The notes under the pieces are model-generated. The model had not been told where the DNA came from and did no database searches. It saw only the letters and a list, made by a program, of their open reading frames with translations. 64,000 nucleotides of DNA from the NCBI GenBank assembly GCA_032718475.1, contig JAUCBJ010002497.1, positions 62,001 through 126,000 of the forward strand. Reading direction: 5' to 3'. Positions 37,385 to 51,057 of the stretch are shown here, piece by piece. The position numbers were made by a program, and so were the translations under genes. This DNA comes from Nemertoderma westbladi. Taxonomy: Eukaryota > Animalia > Xenacoelomorpha. How positions within the stretch are numbered: the stretch's first letter is position 1; each line of letters opens with the position of its first letter.

Positions 37385-38156
37385 ATGGCGAAGGGGATAC
37401 AAGGAGAGCCGAGATGGGGATATGATATCCAAGAGGAAGCAGCAGCGCCATTCGAACGATTTGGAACTAAGGATTACACTATATTTGGAATAAAGGATTT
37501 ATCAGAAAGTATAGCGAAACTCGCAAAGACCAAATATGACTCAAATGTATTAAAGAGAAGGCAAAATGCGTTAAATGAAAAAATCGAAAGTTTACGTAAA
37601 ACCTTCAATGAACTTTACCCGTACGACGCTTTATGTGATACGGGAGATATTAGCAAAGATCCCGATACCGAAATTAGTCGTTTGTATCATACTATGCAAT
37701 ACCTAAAGGCACATGAACCTATGCCCGCGGTACGCGATGAATTCGATGGAATGCATCTTTACAGACGAACTCGAGGGGACGATAGAGAAACAAAGGAAGC
37801 ATTTTCAGTTTATAAACTTTATTATCAATGCGGTGCTTGTATGCGCGAACAACGAAATGCGATTTCGATGCGTTTAAATAAGGAAAATCCCGAACCGATA
37901 TTGGTGAGGTGTTCGAACCATCAACAACTACGCTACCAGGAAGGAGGGTATCCTTTATCGAATCCATATCATTCATTCGCTATGACTGGACCAAAGGCGG
38001 GAGAAATTGTCGTTTACCCACCTAAGGTTGTTGAACCCGATGTATTCGAACTTACGCTGGACGAGGCGACTCAGTCAACCCGCGAAAAGAAAGAAGCTCT
38101 TAGCCTATACAGAGCCTACAAGGCTTTCGAGAAAGGCGAGATGGAAGAATGGGGCG
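37385..38156 (+). CDS. E2 accessory ORF2, N-terminal part (interrupted by E3)
   Basis: 257 open codons up to the GGGCG TSD; continues in frame at 52280. Contains CGAC...CSNH, a putative Zn site. Confidence 0.85.
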
Positions 38157-39369
38157 TGTAAAAGCCTTTGCTGAATTGCCCCGTTTTTTATATTATCTTT
38201 TACATTAAAATACTCTGTAGTTGATTTAATAAGTGTAAGAGACCGTATTATTGCTGTATCGGTGTTTTTAGAGGATCTAAGACCTATTTCCTCCGTATGT
38301 GTACTGTGAAAGGCATATTTTATGATTCTATGGCAATTCGTGACGCAAAGGGGTGATAGCTACTCTTGAACAGTAGTTACTATGACTACGGTTAACAGCT
38401 GACATTCATACGTGTTGATTTCCTTTGTTCTACGGCGTCTCTCAGTTCAGTCAGCCAATGAGAGCGTTTTTGTGGCTCCTTGTACAGAAAATTTCCGAGA
38501 AATGACGCAATGCCTATGTGCAGTGTTTACATTCAGTCTTGAGCCAAAGAAAGAACGGCTTGGAAGTATTTTGTGCTGTACTGCTTTTTAGTCGTACACT
38601 AGTAGGTTTAATTATAAAGGGCATATATCCTTTAACAAACTGACTACTTGAATATCTCATGCCTATATCTCATTGCTGACATACCGGTACTGACTTGTTG
38701 TTTTATACTGCTATTTGCTGTCAGTTCTTCATAATATGGTTGATGAATAATTATATTTGGAATAACGATAAATAACCCCGCAACCCAATATTCTTGATAT
38801 ACCTAAGGTAAGAGAGAAAGGTTACCAATAACGATTGTGACTTATGTTAAAGTGGTTTGAAGTGAATCTAATGTTATTTGATAGACCCTACATGAGTCAG
38901 CCTGTGTTCCTTTTATATGTGACTAAAATCATTGAAGATTGGCAGATTAGTGTGCAGTATTGTGCAGCATAGTGTATGAGTGAGTCTGTTAAAGAAGCAA
39001 TTCCTAAAGAATGCGCCATATATGTGAATTAATTAAGCCATATCGTTGTGAGTAGTTTAAGTCATAACTCTGTTTATGTAGATAAAGCGCCACGTCCTAA
39101 AGGAACTGTTAATATTACCGAAGGTGAATAATATTGTCAGAGATTATATAGTACTGTCAGTCGAATAATACATTAGGCTTACATAGCAATAAAAATTAAA
39201 CCGTCGAACCCAATCTCCCGGGAATATCCAGCGGGTGAATGGTCGCGCACGGATTGGTTTCGACTAGTGTAGTGAATCAAATACTTGTCATAGACTAAAA
39301 AGCGATTTATTATCTAGAAGACATTCTAATTTGGCGGGTTAAACTGCCAAAGGTCTGAAAGCGCGAACA
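38157..39369 (+). repeat. E3 5' LTR (1213 bp)
   Basis: Direct repeat of 51058-52274; its 3' ~700 bp are homologous to the E1 LTR. Confidence 0.96.
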
Positions 39370-39381
39370 TTAAAGGATATA
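39370..39381 (+). promoter_or_regulatory. E3 primer-binding-site position, complementary to its own LTR
   Basis: ttaaaggatata is the reverse complement of tatatcctttaa at 38624-38635 and 51525-51536. Confidence 0.8.
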
Positions 39382-39719
39382 GCTTCTTTATTGCAGTAAG
39401 CAATAAAGTCGAAAGTACCGGTCGACCGGTAACCAGTAGGCCTGACTGCCTGATCATCCGGACCGGTACCTACTTCCGTATAAGTACAGCAGTATTATTC
39501 GATTTGATTATATATGCCGGTAGGTCTTAATAATTAATCGGGGACGCCTGGTTTTTATTGGGATTTTACTTAGGCCTATTTCTGTCAGTTTTATTTGTTT
39601 GTAGGCCAGTATTGAACAGAAGGCGTGTAAACCTGATCAGATTGTACAGACAATTTGTAGGCTGAGCTGTTGTCTGATTGCTGTTGAGTCCGAACGAATT
39701 GCAGTGTGTGTAGAGCACT

Positions 39720-40200
39720 TGTCCGATTAAGTACGATTAGGAAGTAGGGGCAGCCACGCTGTAAGGTAAACCCCCAACTAAAGAATAAGTCGCACTACTG
39801 GGTTAGAGCGCATACTCCCTAATCATTTCGGAGTCTGCATGTCCTGTAGTTTATTTAGGCTTGAGAGTAGTCTGCCATCGTTTAGTCTGTACTTTGTTTG
39901 TGTAAGTCTGTACGGGTAGCGTATAATTTTATTTAGATAACTTGTAGGCTGGATAGTTGTCTGGCTGTTATTAGGTCTGAACGGATTGCCGCGTGTGTAG
40001 ATCATCTGTCCGATTAAGTACGATTAGGCAGTAGGGGCAGCGAACGCTGTAAGGTAATCCCCCAACTAAAGAATAAGTCGCACTACTGGGTTAGAGCGCA
40101 TACTCCCTAATCATTTCGGAGTCTGCATATACCGTAGTTTGTTTAGGCTTGATAGTAGTCGGTCAGTGTTCGGTCTGTATTTTGTTTGAGTAGTGTGTAC
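39720..40200 (+). repeat. Imperfect direct duplication (~190-bp unit, ~287-bp period) in the E3 5' leader
   Basis: tgtccgattaagtacgattagg...catactccctaatcatttcggagtctgcat at ~39720 and ~40006. Confidence 0.85.
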
Positions 40201-43200
40201 GCGTAGCGTAATATTTATTATTCAGAGTTTATGCGATTATTCGCAACATTCAAGTCCCCAAGTTTGTTCCTACAGTAATTGTGTTTGTTATACATACCGC
40301 TATAGTTAAATTAACCTCGGTACTACACGGGCTGCTCGGCGTAGGTAAAGACTGGTGATTTTGTGCATCGGTCACTCCAGCAGATGCCGTGGTTCTTTTA
40401 GCTGTTCAAGTATATTTAACTACTGATTATTTGTTGTACAAGTACTCGTACCTAATCTAGGGTTTAGTGTACCGTACTTTCCGAAGTAATTATTGTAGGC
40501 ATTATATTTGTGTTGTAAAGTGGTTGATAGGCACATTCGATTAGCTCTATTAACTTCTAGGTAGGAACACTCCGTGATACATAACGTAGAACCTATAGCG
40601 ATACGGCTATAGGTCGTCAGGCGGTGGTATTTTCCTATCTAGACAACGCAGTGTATTTACTACTACTTATTATTTCAAATACCGTAGTACCCTGTCCGCT
40701 GTAATAATCAGATTTCTAACCCTTTGTTAGGCTGGTTTGTAGACTTCTTGTAAAATTACCCTAAAAATTCGTATTTTGCGTTTTTGTAAATTTTTGTGTT
40801 TATTTAGAGATTGTAATCTCAACCCGAATTGTACGTAATTTGTAGTATTAAGTAACTTAGGTAAATTAGTATTATTTGTTTTAGTGTCCTGTACGTAACA
40901 CTTCACTGAAAGCGCACAGCTTTGTGTAGTGATTACTCCCCAGAAATAATAACATTTATTTCAAACATTGACAAAACCCATTAAAACGGGTATATATAAA
41001 TTATAAATCAAATCTAACGATTTATAAATAGTAGGCCTACCATATAACAATTAGGTCTCAATATCAGTTGGATTACTGCTCAAATAACGGTAATAAAGTA
41101 AGTAAAGTAACAAAGTAACCCTAAAGTAACAGAAATTCAATTATTTGAAATAATTGATATACCGGTATTTACGATAGGCCTATTATCTTTATTTCTATAA
41201 ATCTAGGCTGAAATTATACCGGTACTTGTAATTAATTCTATTTCAGAATTATATATCCTACAAACTGTAAGCTGTATACCGGTATTCCGATAGGCCTATT
41301 ATATATTTATATATATTTGTGCTAAAATTATACCGGTATTCTGTGATAAACCTAGTCTGTAATAATACTTATATAGTTATATATACTATAAGTATACCGG
41401 TATTCTAATATATTATATATATATCACGCTACACTGAGTAGCAGTAACGGTAATTAATTACTAGGCTATCAGTTAATACTGAGTTACTAGACTTGCTCAG
41501 ACTGTAATACAGCAGTAGACATTCAACTGTACACACAAACATGTCTGACGCAAAGCAGAACCTGTCAGACAGTCTACTAGATACAACGGAGAGTGAAGCG
41601 ACAGCAGAGAAACCGCATAAGAGGGATGCCATTGATATCTATCTGTCAGACTATCAGCGTTTTGTGGGAGATGAAGAGTTGAGGAGAAGGCTAGAGGGAC
41701 TTAGCCCTAATAGCGAAGGAGCCAAACTTGTGTTAGATGCGATTGATGTGGATAGATTAGCGGCGAACCAAGCTAAATTCGATGAACAACTCCGCATCGC
41801 TAGAGAAAGGGAAGAACAAGTAAAGAAAAAACGCATAGAAGACAGAAAGAAAGCAGCAGTGGTAGCTGCAGAAGCAGAAAGAAAGGCGGCAGCGGCCAAG
41901 GCAAAGGCGGCAGAGGTAGCGGCCAAGGCAAAAGCAGCAGAGGCAGCGGCAGAGGCAAAAGCGGCAGAGGCAGAGGCAGAGGCAGCGGCAGAGGCAAAAG
42001 TGGCAGAAGCAGAACGGAAAGCGGCTGAAGAAACCACCCAATTAGAATTGGAAAACATTCAGGAGAATCAAGACTGCATAAATAAACAGTTAACAGCTAG
42101 TAATATGCAGATGATGAATCGATCTACTCCTAAACGACAAGGTTATACATCATCCGAGGAAGGCGATACCACCGACACTGAAGGCGGAGTAAATCGATCC
42201 CGCTTAAGCAGACGTAAAAGAACATTCCACCGACCGAAATTGCCTGATTTGCCTCCAGCTGTTAGAAGGCAACTAAATAACAACAACTTAGAGAGTACAG
42301 AACCCACAGACCAAATAATTACAATAGAAAGACTCCCTACTATAGTAGATGAGCCTGAAATAATTAGGCCTGTTCTTGAAATCACCCCTTCGGTGATAGA
42401 CATACCTGTGCTCCCTGAAACTACCTCTAAATTCCCTCTGCATAGCACTAAGCTACCTGTGCCCCGCAGAACTGCCCAGGAGACAGTTCAGGTCCTGGAC
42501 CCCGAGCGAAATATTCACAATTTGTCGCCCGTTGTCCCTCGTCCGCCCGCTACGACGTTGGCGGATCCCGTTTCGGCGGTTGATTGGGTAGACGAGAGAC
42601 GGCGGGGGATGGATATCCTGCTCGGGCAGATGCAGGAGACTGTCCAGCAATTCAAGGGCACAGTAAGGGAAAGTAGGCTAGAGTTGCAAGAAGTGCAGCA
42701 AAGTATCGCGCTTGAACGCGATAAATTAGTAAACACCCAAAAGGGTATACCACCACCCTCTGTAACAATGTGTCAACCTGTTAGGTCTGAAGTATTGCAT
42801 GCGCAAGGTGTGGAGCCTACACGCATATATACTGCTAGCGAAGTAGAAACTCCTATAGTGAACCCTATTAAGGGTAATTATAGACCTGTTGATAATGACA
42901 TTCCCTATAGACCTGATCATAATCCGAGAAATTTATATACCGATAACTCGATATTAAATAACACGATGGCCCAAGAAAGTTTTACGCGTCAAATGGCTAG
43001 AACCGAAGCCCGGCAAGCGGTGAAGGTGGGAGAGATAGTCAAATTCAATGGAGATGAGATGAAATGGTTACCTTTTAATTAATATTACAAAGATAACATA
43101 CAGAACTCTGTACTATCTAATGGAGAAAAACTTAGATACCTCATCGAGTGCTTGGAAGGATCTCCCAAGTTAATGGCGTTAAAGTTTATTGGACATCCAG

Positions 43201-44705
43201 ACGGATTAAGACAAGTTTGGGACACGCTAAACATCAGGTATGGTAATAGGAATAATATCGCTAAGTATTTATATGCAAAATTAGTAGCGCCCAGAAAGTT
43301 CATCAGCAGCGGGATAATAGAGTTTTCCGATGAGATTCAAGAGATCTGTAGACAATTAGATTGGTTAGGTAAGTCTCATGAATACCAAAGTTCTATGGTC
43401 ATTGGAGCTGTGGCTTCTACTTTACCGAAAGGTGGGGTAGGCACACGCTGGGATAAGAAAGTACTTTATATGATGGAACAACAATGACGAGACCCTACCA
43501 TGGCTGATCTCATGTCATTCTTAGATAGAGAAGTGAAATTACAGCTCCTAAGGCAGTCCAGAGAGAAGACATTGGAAAACAAGGTAAGTGAGAAACCCGT
43601 TTCTAGGAGAAGGGTAATACCAGTATGTTATACCGACGACGGTGAAAGCCAAACTTCTCAAGGAGAGGACAGCGGGAAAGACACTGACAGAGCTTATGTC
43701 AATAAAATGCCTAAAGATCAGGTAAGTAAATCCAAGTCTCGACCCAATGACAGAAGGGAACCGGTACAAAAAACCCCTCCTACGTCTCCTAAAAGAATTC
43801 AGGTGAGAAAGCCCGAGGAAAGAACAAGTGTGCACCACATAGCACAGGTTAAAGTAAGTAACATCAAGCCCAAATGTGTGCTGTGCGACGGGCCCCACCG
43901 TTTAAATGCGTGTGATAAATTCCTGAGGAAATCACTAAAGGATAGACGTGAAGTCATGTGGGATAAGCGGTTGTGTTATAATTGCCTCAGACGAGGACAC
44001 CAACGGCGAACCTGTAACTCCGACGCAAGGTGTGCAAAGTGCGGCGCAAAACATCATATCTTGTTGCACACGGAATTCGAACGAAACAGCCCGAGTCAGG
44101 TAAGTGAGTCCGAACTACATGTCCAATTCAGTGATGTGAACGACACTGATCAATCAGAGATGGAAGGATTCTATACGGACGAGTTCTCCGACCAAAACGA
44201 ATCCTGTTACCTAATAAACACCACCGCAGTGTATCGAGCACTCGTGTATGAGAAAGACACAGACAGCGACCTTACCTTAACTACTTCCGATCAACAACCA
44301 TCTTGGAAAGCGCCAACTTCCAATATAGGAATCCGAGAATTTCCTGTAGTCCAGTTACGGGTCCACGGACCTCAGAAGAGCTATATAGTGCACGCCCTCC
44401 TGGACTCCGGTAGCACAGGAACATTCATCGATAGGGAACTAGCCGAAGTCATCTTTGCTGGACAACCCAAGTTCCGAACCAAGCTAAACATGTCAGGGAT
44501 CATGCAGGTTTGGAATTCTACTGTAGCTGCCGACTATTATATAGGTGAGTTGTCCACCCCCCAGGACGAACTAGGAGAACATAGCATCAGGTCAGTGAAA
44601 ATGGTGGCTATAAAGAACTTCGCTACTACTCAAGCAGACCTTTATAATTGGGACGAGGATGAGAGCATCCAACATCTTAACATACCTCGATTCCAGACTG
44701 ATTAC

Positions 44706-47118
44706 TAGGGTGGAGTGAAAAAAAAATTTTTCTTTATTTTTAAGGGAAGCACTATTTTTCTGATGCCAAATCGGTCTAAACTATCTTTGCAAAAAAAAAT
44801 TTTTGATTTCGAAAAATTCTAAGCGGGCCTCACGACACTTGAAAATTTCAAATTTTTGAAAAGGCAATGCCAGTTTTGAAAATCCCAGATATTTTGTATT
44901 TTTGATAAAGGTAAGGGAAGATGCAAATATTTAATGTCAAATAGGTAGGAAACAAAAACAAAATGTGAAATTGTGATTTTTATATAAATCTACCCCAGCC
45001 TCATGGCCATTAAAATTTTGCAAAATTTGCCAAATTTCACCCTTAAAATACAGCAAACCTACTTTGTAGTCTCTATAGTTGAAATCGATTTACTACTGGG
45101 GTTTGGAGTTCTTCCTGAGTGAAAACCAAGTCCCCTGATTTGATTACTACTATATTTTAATACTAGAAACCCAGCTAGCTGGCTGTGAATTTACCTTTGG
45201 ATCAAATTCCCAATAAGTATATTATAAACAACAGTACTGTAGGTATAGGAAGAAGGATAATTCTAAATTACGAAAACACTAGTAAAACAGTAAAGCAATA
45301 GAAAAACAGATGAGAAACACTGTAATGCACCAGGAAAAAGTAAAAATATTGATCAACAGGAAATTTAATACATGTATTACACTGAATTGGTATTCTTAAA
45401 TGTACTCCTCGCATAGCACACCATTAAGTAATCTCCGTAAAACATAGGGACAACTATAAACTGTCCAGAAAACAGTGAAAACATGATTGGCATTAAATAG
45501 CATTAAATTTTACCTAATATACTGCTAAAAAATAAGTTGACAGTGTCTAATACTACACAGAAACCATTGTTGCCCGGCAACCAAGGAACAGTAACCAATC
45601 AGCATGCATTTCAACAGTTTTACTGGTCAGCCGGTAGAGGCACATTAATGGTGTATTCTGGTATTAGTGTATTCCAGTATTCAAGTATTGTTAGTGTTGG
45701 ATCTTGTCATCTGCTAAATGTTGAACAGTTAAAGTGCAGATGTTGCGGTATTTAATATTAAGACAGCAAAAGGGCCACAGTTAGGTCCTACCTACAGAGA
45801 TACCGTAGTGAAGTGGCATACCAGTGTGGCTAGAAGCGCGGATGCAAGATCTAGAACACATCACACATGATGTTCTAGTCAGTTCGGTTTTCTGGTATGA
45901 ATGGTATCCTTAATAATAAATACCACAACTTCTGCACTTCAACTGCCAACATTTAGCAGATGAATTGATCTAACACTAACAATACTGGAATACACTATGT
46001 AATTCCAGAATACAGCAACACAGGTACTACTGGCTGACCAGTAAAACAAGGATAGTGCTGAAATGCATGCTGATTGATTTCTTCTTTCACCTAGTATTAT
46101 TAGCAGCATATCAAGCAAACAGTTGAGGCGACCCGAAGGCTCCTCTTTCGATAGATGCTACCGAGGGTAGGGGTGGGCACTACTATTATCCCAAGATTTG
46201 CTCCTAGTTATTTAACTGGTACTCAATTTATCGACCCCAGTGGATGAAAGGCGACTGAGTGGACCCTGGTGGGGCTGAACCTACAACCAATCGATTGCAG
46301 GCCTGGTGCTCAGCCAATTGAGCTACCCCGCTTTCTAGCGAAATATAGGTAAAATTTCACAGTTGTCCAGAGGGTTTATAGTGTTTTCCCTATGTTTTAC
46401 GGAGATTACTTAACGTGTGCTATGCGAGGAGTACATTTAAGATTGCCAATTCAGTGTAATCGATGTATTAAATTTCCTGTTGATCAATAATTGTAATGTT
46501 TTTCATATGTTTTTCTAGTGCTTTACTGTTTTACTAGTGTTTTCCTAATTTAGAATTATCCTTCTTCCTAGACCTAGGCCTACTGTTGTTTATAATATAC
46601 TTTATTGGGAATTTGATCCAAAGGCAAATTCACAGCCAGCTAGCTGGGTTTCTAGTATTGAAATATAGTTGTGATCAAATCAGGGGACTTGGTTTTCACT
46701 CAGGAAGAACTCCAAATCACAGTAAATCGATTTCAACTATAGAGACTACGAAGTAGGTTTGCTGTATTTCTAGGGCTAAATTTGGCAAATTTTGCAAAAT
46801 TCTAAACGCCATGAGGCTGGCAGGGCTGGGGTAGATTTATATGAAAATCACAATTTCACATTTTATGTTTGTTTCCAACCTATTTGACATTAAATATTTG
46901 CATCTTCCTTAACTTTTATCAAAAATACAAAATATCTAAGAAATTCAAAACTGGCAGTGCCATCCCAAAAATTTGAAATTTTCAAGTGTCGTGAGGCCCG
47001 CTTAGAATTTTTCAAAATCAAAAATTTTTTTTTGCAATGTTAGTTTAGACCGATTTGGCATCAGAAAAATAGTGCTTCCCTTAAAAATAAAGAAAATTTT
47101 TTTTTTCACTCCACCCTA
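44706..47118. mobile_element. hAT-like non-autonomous foldback DNA transposon (~1-kb inverted arms)
   Basis: 8-bp TSD CTGATTAC; termini tagggtggagtg / cactccacccta; arms inverted to within ~150 bp of the centre. Confidence 0.93.
46111..46331 (-). mobile_element. tRNA-derived SINE inserted in the right arm of the foldback element
   Basis: Minus strand: tRNA-like head gcggggtagctcaattgg...ggttcagcccc, central cactcag..cctttcatcc..ggggtcgataaattgagtacc typical of conserved SINE domains, tail gagccttcgggtcgcc. Absent from the left arm. Confidence 0.8.
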
Positions 47119-49693
47119 CTGATTACCCTGGAGTGCAAATACTCATCGGCCAAAACGCGCATGAGGCGCTGGAGACATTAGAGAAACGGCCTGCTCAACC
47201 GCAGCCCCTACAGACCTATGCGGTAAGAACTAGAGTAGGTTGGTACCTTACTGGACCTTCCCGTAGAACGCTCAGGGAAAGACTGCTTCAAGATCGCGTC
47301 TGCCAGGTGAGTGAATGGGAAGATGATACTAGTGAGGGAGACGACCCAACTGAGGGAACACCACACTCCTCAGATAATGACAATCTTAGCTCCAATGTAG
47401 ATCAATGGAGATATTGCCCCAAGAAGTTTAATCCAACGGACATCGCTTCCAGAGGAGCAACTCCTCAAGAACTGACAGATACTATAGACCGGTTAGGTGA
47501 ACCCGACTTCCTGAGTAAGGAGAATGAATGGCCTCCCCATCTTACTCCGACTGAGATTAGACCAGCCAAGGGAGCGGAGAAAGTCGAACCTGAAACCCGG
47601 ACGGGTGGATCGGAGTTATTTGAACCCGGGATAGATCTGTCGGTATTACATGTTGCCAGGGACGACGCCGTGGATCTGGGCCTCCCCTCCGCGAGTGGAT
47701 CCTTCATGAAGATCAGAGAGAGCGATTGGAGCTCTGGAACATCAGACGTCTCGCAGGGACTCTCACCTCTCCTGCAGAGAGCGACGGACCACTATAGCTC
47801 CTGGAATCGGCTTTGTGACGCCGTCATATACTTTGAGCGATGTTTCTATCGTCACTATTCCAGGACGAAGAGGAAACCTGGAATTGTATTCAGGATGCAG
47901 CGACTCAATCACCCAGTCGGTCGTTTGTGTTTATCGGAAGGGAATGGAGGACTCTCCGGAAACTGTGGAAGGCAAGATTCTCTTCCCACGACCACCTCCC
48001 TAATCCTTCAAACATCTAGGGACTCCATAACGTAACAACATACGGAGTGGGTGTGTGACTCTATTATTTTATATTATTTTATTATTTTTATATTTATGTA
48101 TGTATTACTATGTAATTCTATTATAATCGTTTTCTTTAATTTTATTCAGTAGAATGTTATTTTAGCGATTATTTAGTAGATTAGTGCAATATATATTCGC
48201 GTTTATTACTTAATTACGTATATATTATATTTAATGCGACGGCAAGAAATAATTCTTTTCCTTCTTCCTTACTGTCCGTATTACATTACAAATACGTAAC
48301 TACAGTAAGATGAAATGTCCGTACTTATTAAAGTACGATAAAGCCACTACTATATTCAAGTATTATTGGTAGGCAGAGTATTAGGAATGCAAAGTTCAGA
48401 TCCTCGTGTCTCGGCTAAACCAAGCTCTGGGTAGACCTTGGAAACGACTTGCCTCTTCACACTGACATTGCTTCGTGCGATATTGCTCTCATACCGTATA
48501 TTAAATAATACATATAGTAGCGTGATGTCCCTTTAACAGTAGCGTATAACGCAAAATAAATCTGTTAAACCCTTTGACCATCTGTAATTCTAGTCGATTA
48601 AGATATCGCGGCACCCACCGATATACTTGAAAGACAAATTCTAGAATCAGTGGTTAACGTCCCCAGACAAGTTCTGGAATAAATCGGTGCCCATCTCAAA
48701 TATTAATTAATTAATATTTGCAAAATCTAATAAATCAAAATCTGTAAAATTCAGATCCTTCAATAATTCTAGTCAATTAAGATATCGTAGTATTTACCGA
48801 TATTCTTAAAAAGACAATTGTCATAGAATTAAGGATCTTGTGTCCCCAGACATGTTCTGGAATCCAAATATGTCCATTTAATTATCAAATAATAAAATTT
48901 CAGGGAATCAATTTAAATTCATGCCTTTTAATGAATTTAATAAATTGCCATTTTTACGCAATTTATAAAGTTCCCAAAATTCCATTAATTAATAGATCAA
49001 GGGAGCGGAGATTTATCTTAGCATGCGTATGAGTGTACGAAAGTCTCCCAAACATAGTCAATAGCCGATAAAATTCATAAAGTCATGTATAAAACAGAAC
49101 ATTGACTATTAAAGAATTACTATTAAATAACATCCCAGATCTGTATGCATTGGAATCACCCTAATTCTACCGCTAGCTTTGCATAATGTCACCATAGCAA
49201 CAACCACGCTAGAATTAGAATTGAGTTAAAAGAACAATAGAAAGCTTGTCCCATTGAATAGCATAGGGAATAAATAGCGCACTACTAGTATCCAAGGATA
49301 CATAATAATACAGTGACATTCTGGAAGGCATTGACTAACGGACAAGTGACCCGAGTGTGTGTAATTTGTGACAAGTTGTGTGTGTGGTACTTGTGAGCTT
49401 ATAGGCGAATGTTACTACTAAGGTGTGTTTACAGTAGCAAGTCGCAATCGTAAAGTAACCTAACTCTCCAAGGAAAACCTGAAGTACATCTAAGCCTTTG
49501 GGACGGACAGTTGAGTGACTTGTGCCGGTTGTCGTTGTCGTTGTGCGGCTACGTCGTTGGCGAAAGTACAGCGGCGACGACACATCGGCGCTGAGGATCT
49601 CGTACTGTCCGGGGGTTAATTGGAGTAGGCAGCGACGCCCGCTCGCCTAAATGTGGACTCATTATAATATGGACAAACTCATATATAGCAGAT

Positions 49694-50900
49694 ATGACGG
49701 AGTTGATAGAAGATGGTCTTGGTATCGGGGAGCGATATACTCTACTTTTGCAAGCGTTTGTTGATAGCTTAATACGCGGCGACGTTAGTCCAACTGCTGC
49801 GGAGGACGATGGTCGTTATATCGAACCGCCAAGGTCCCAAGAGCAGCTCACGCGTGAGTTGGACTATAGAAAATTCGCTGCTCGATATACGCAGCGTAAT
49901 GGTACGTATATGGGCTTCTTAACTACTGGTCATCCTATCGATTTACACAATACGGACTATGTCGACTATATATCCTGCCCAGCGGAGTCGGAACCATAAA
50001 CTGAAATTCGAATGCGAAAATTCTATTCGAAATCGACTCGAAAGAAAAGACACTAAAGAAACAAATGGACGCGGTAACTCCAACGTATATTTGGAATTCT
50101 TGATAGAAGCATTGTAACAACAAATAAATATCACCCGCGTTTACCTTACCAGACGTGCGTCTTTGGTATTATTACGATAAATGCCCTAGACCCAACTAAT
50201 AAACGGAAAGACATAAACATCCACGTAAACCGAAACTTGTTGACGTATCACCTATGCTCACTCGGCTCGAACGATCCTGGAGTAAACCTACGATCAGAGT
50301 CCCGGAATACTCGGTCAAACCTCCTCATTCCTTAGTTGGACCTCAGACCTGCGATCTTGGTGGTGTCGCGGATCCTCGCGGACTGTATTCACTGTTCAAA
50401 GATCTAGTGCTACCCTAACAATTAATCGGTAACACTCCGACAGTGATTTCTAGCTAGCCGCCCATCTTACCTAGCCGGATTGTGACGCGGACACCTAATA
50501 TCACTACCCAACCGTATGGTCGTCCACGTTTAACGCGATACAACCCCTCATCAAGGTGAAGGAGAGCATTGTACGAAACGAGTTAAACGCTATTTTATAA
50601 AGATCAAAAAGGAAACCTGCGTTTGTTCAGATAAACGTAAGTTATAACAGTGAGTCCAATCGATACACGAATTGGCCTTATCTCAATTCGATTGGGAAAT
50701 CCAGAATCTCTAAGAAGTTATCGAACTTGGACAATCCTATTCTCTGCGAGAGTTTTTGGATGAACGTATCCAGCTACGAGCGGAGGAAAATCAGCTCGAG
50801 GAGAAGCATATCGAAACGGCAGATACTTCGACCACAATCCTACACCTTCTGATGCAATCATATTGCACCCTTCACCCAGGAGTTATGGCCCTCCTAGTAA
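49694..50900 (+). pseudogene. Degraded accessory ORF remnant of E3
   Basis: Homologous to E1 21200-22408 (MTELIED...QLTRELDYRKF); multiple stops and frameshifts. Confidence 0.55.
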
Positions 50901-51057
50901 AGTGGCTCCCCCCAAAGAGAAAAGGACTCTTGCTAGCCTCAAAAAACTGCGTAAACGCCGTCTGCGTAAGAAAGACTAACTGTTTAGAGTATCTTTATGT
51001 TTTAGAAACTGTGATTTTTATATTTTATAGACTGAAAATCCCATTTTCTGGGAGCGG

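Larger units (their letters stand above)
41541..48035 (+). pseudogene. E3 gag-protease with deleted pol, interrupted by the hAT-like element
   Basis: Coiled-coil AAEAERKA repeats, Pao gag core, knuckles CVLCDGPHRLNAC, CYNCLRRGHQRRTC and CAKCGAKHHILLH, protease ALLDSGSTGTFI. After 47126, QILIG..RTRVGW jumps directly to the RNase H end QWRYCPKKFNPTDIASRG. Confidence 0.9.
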
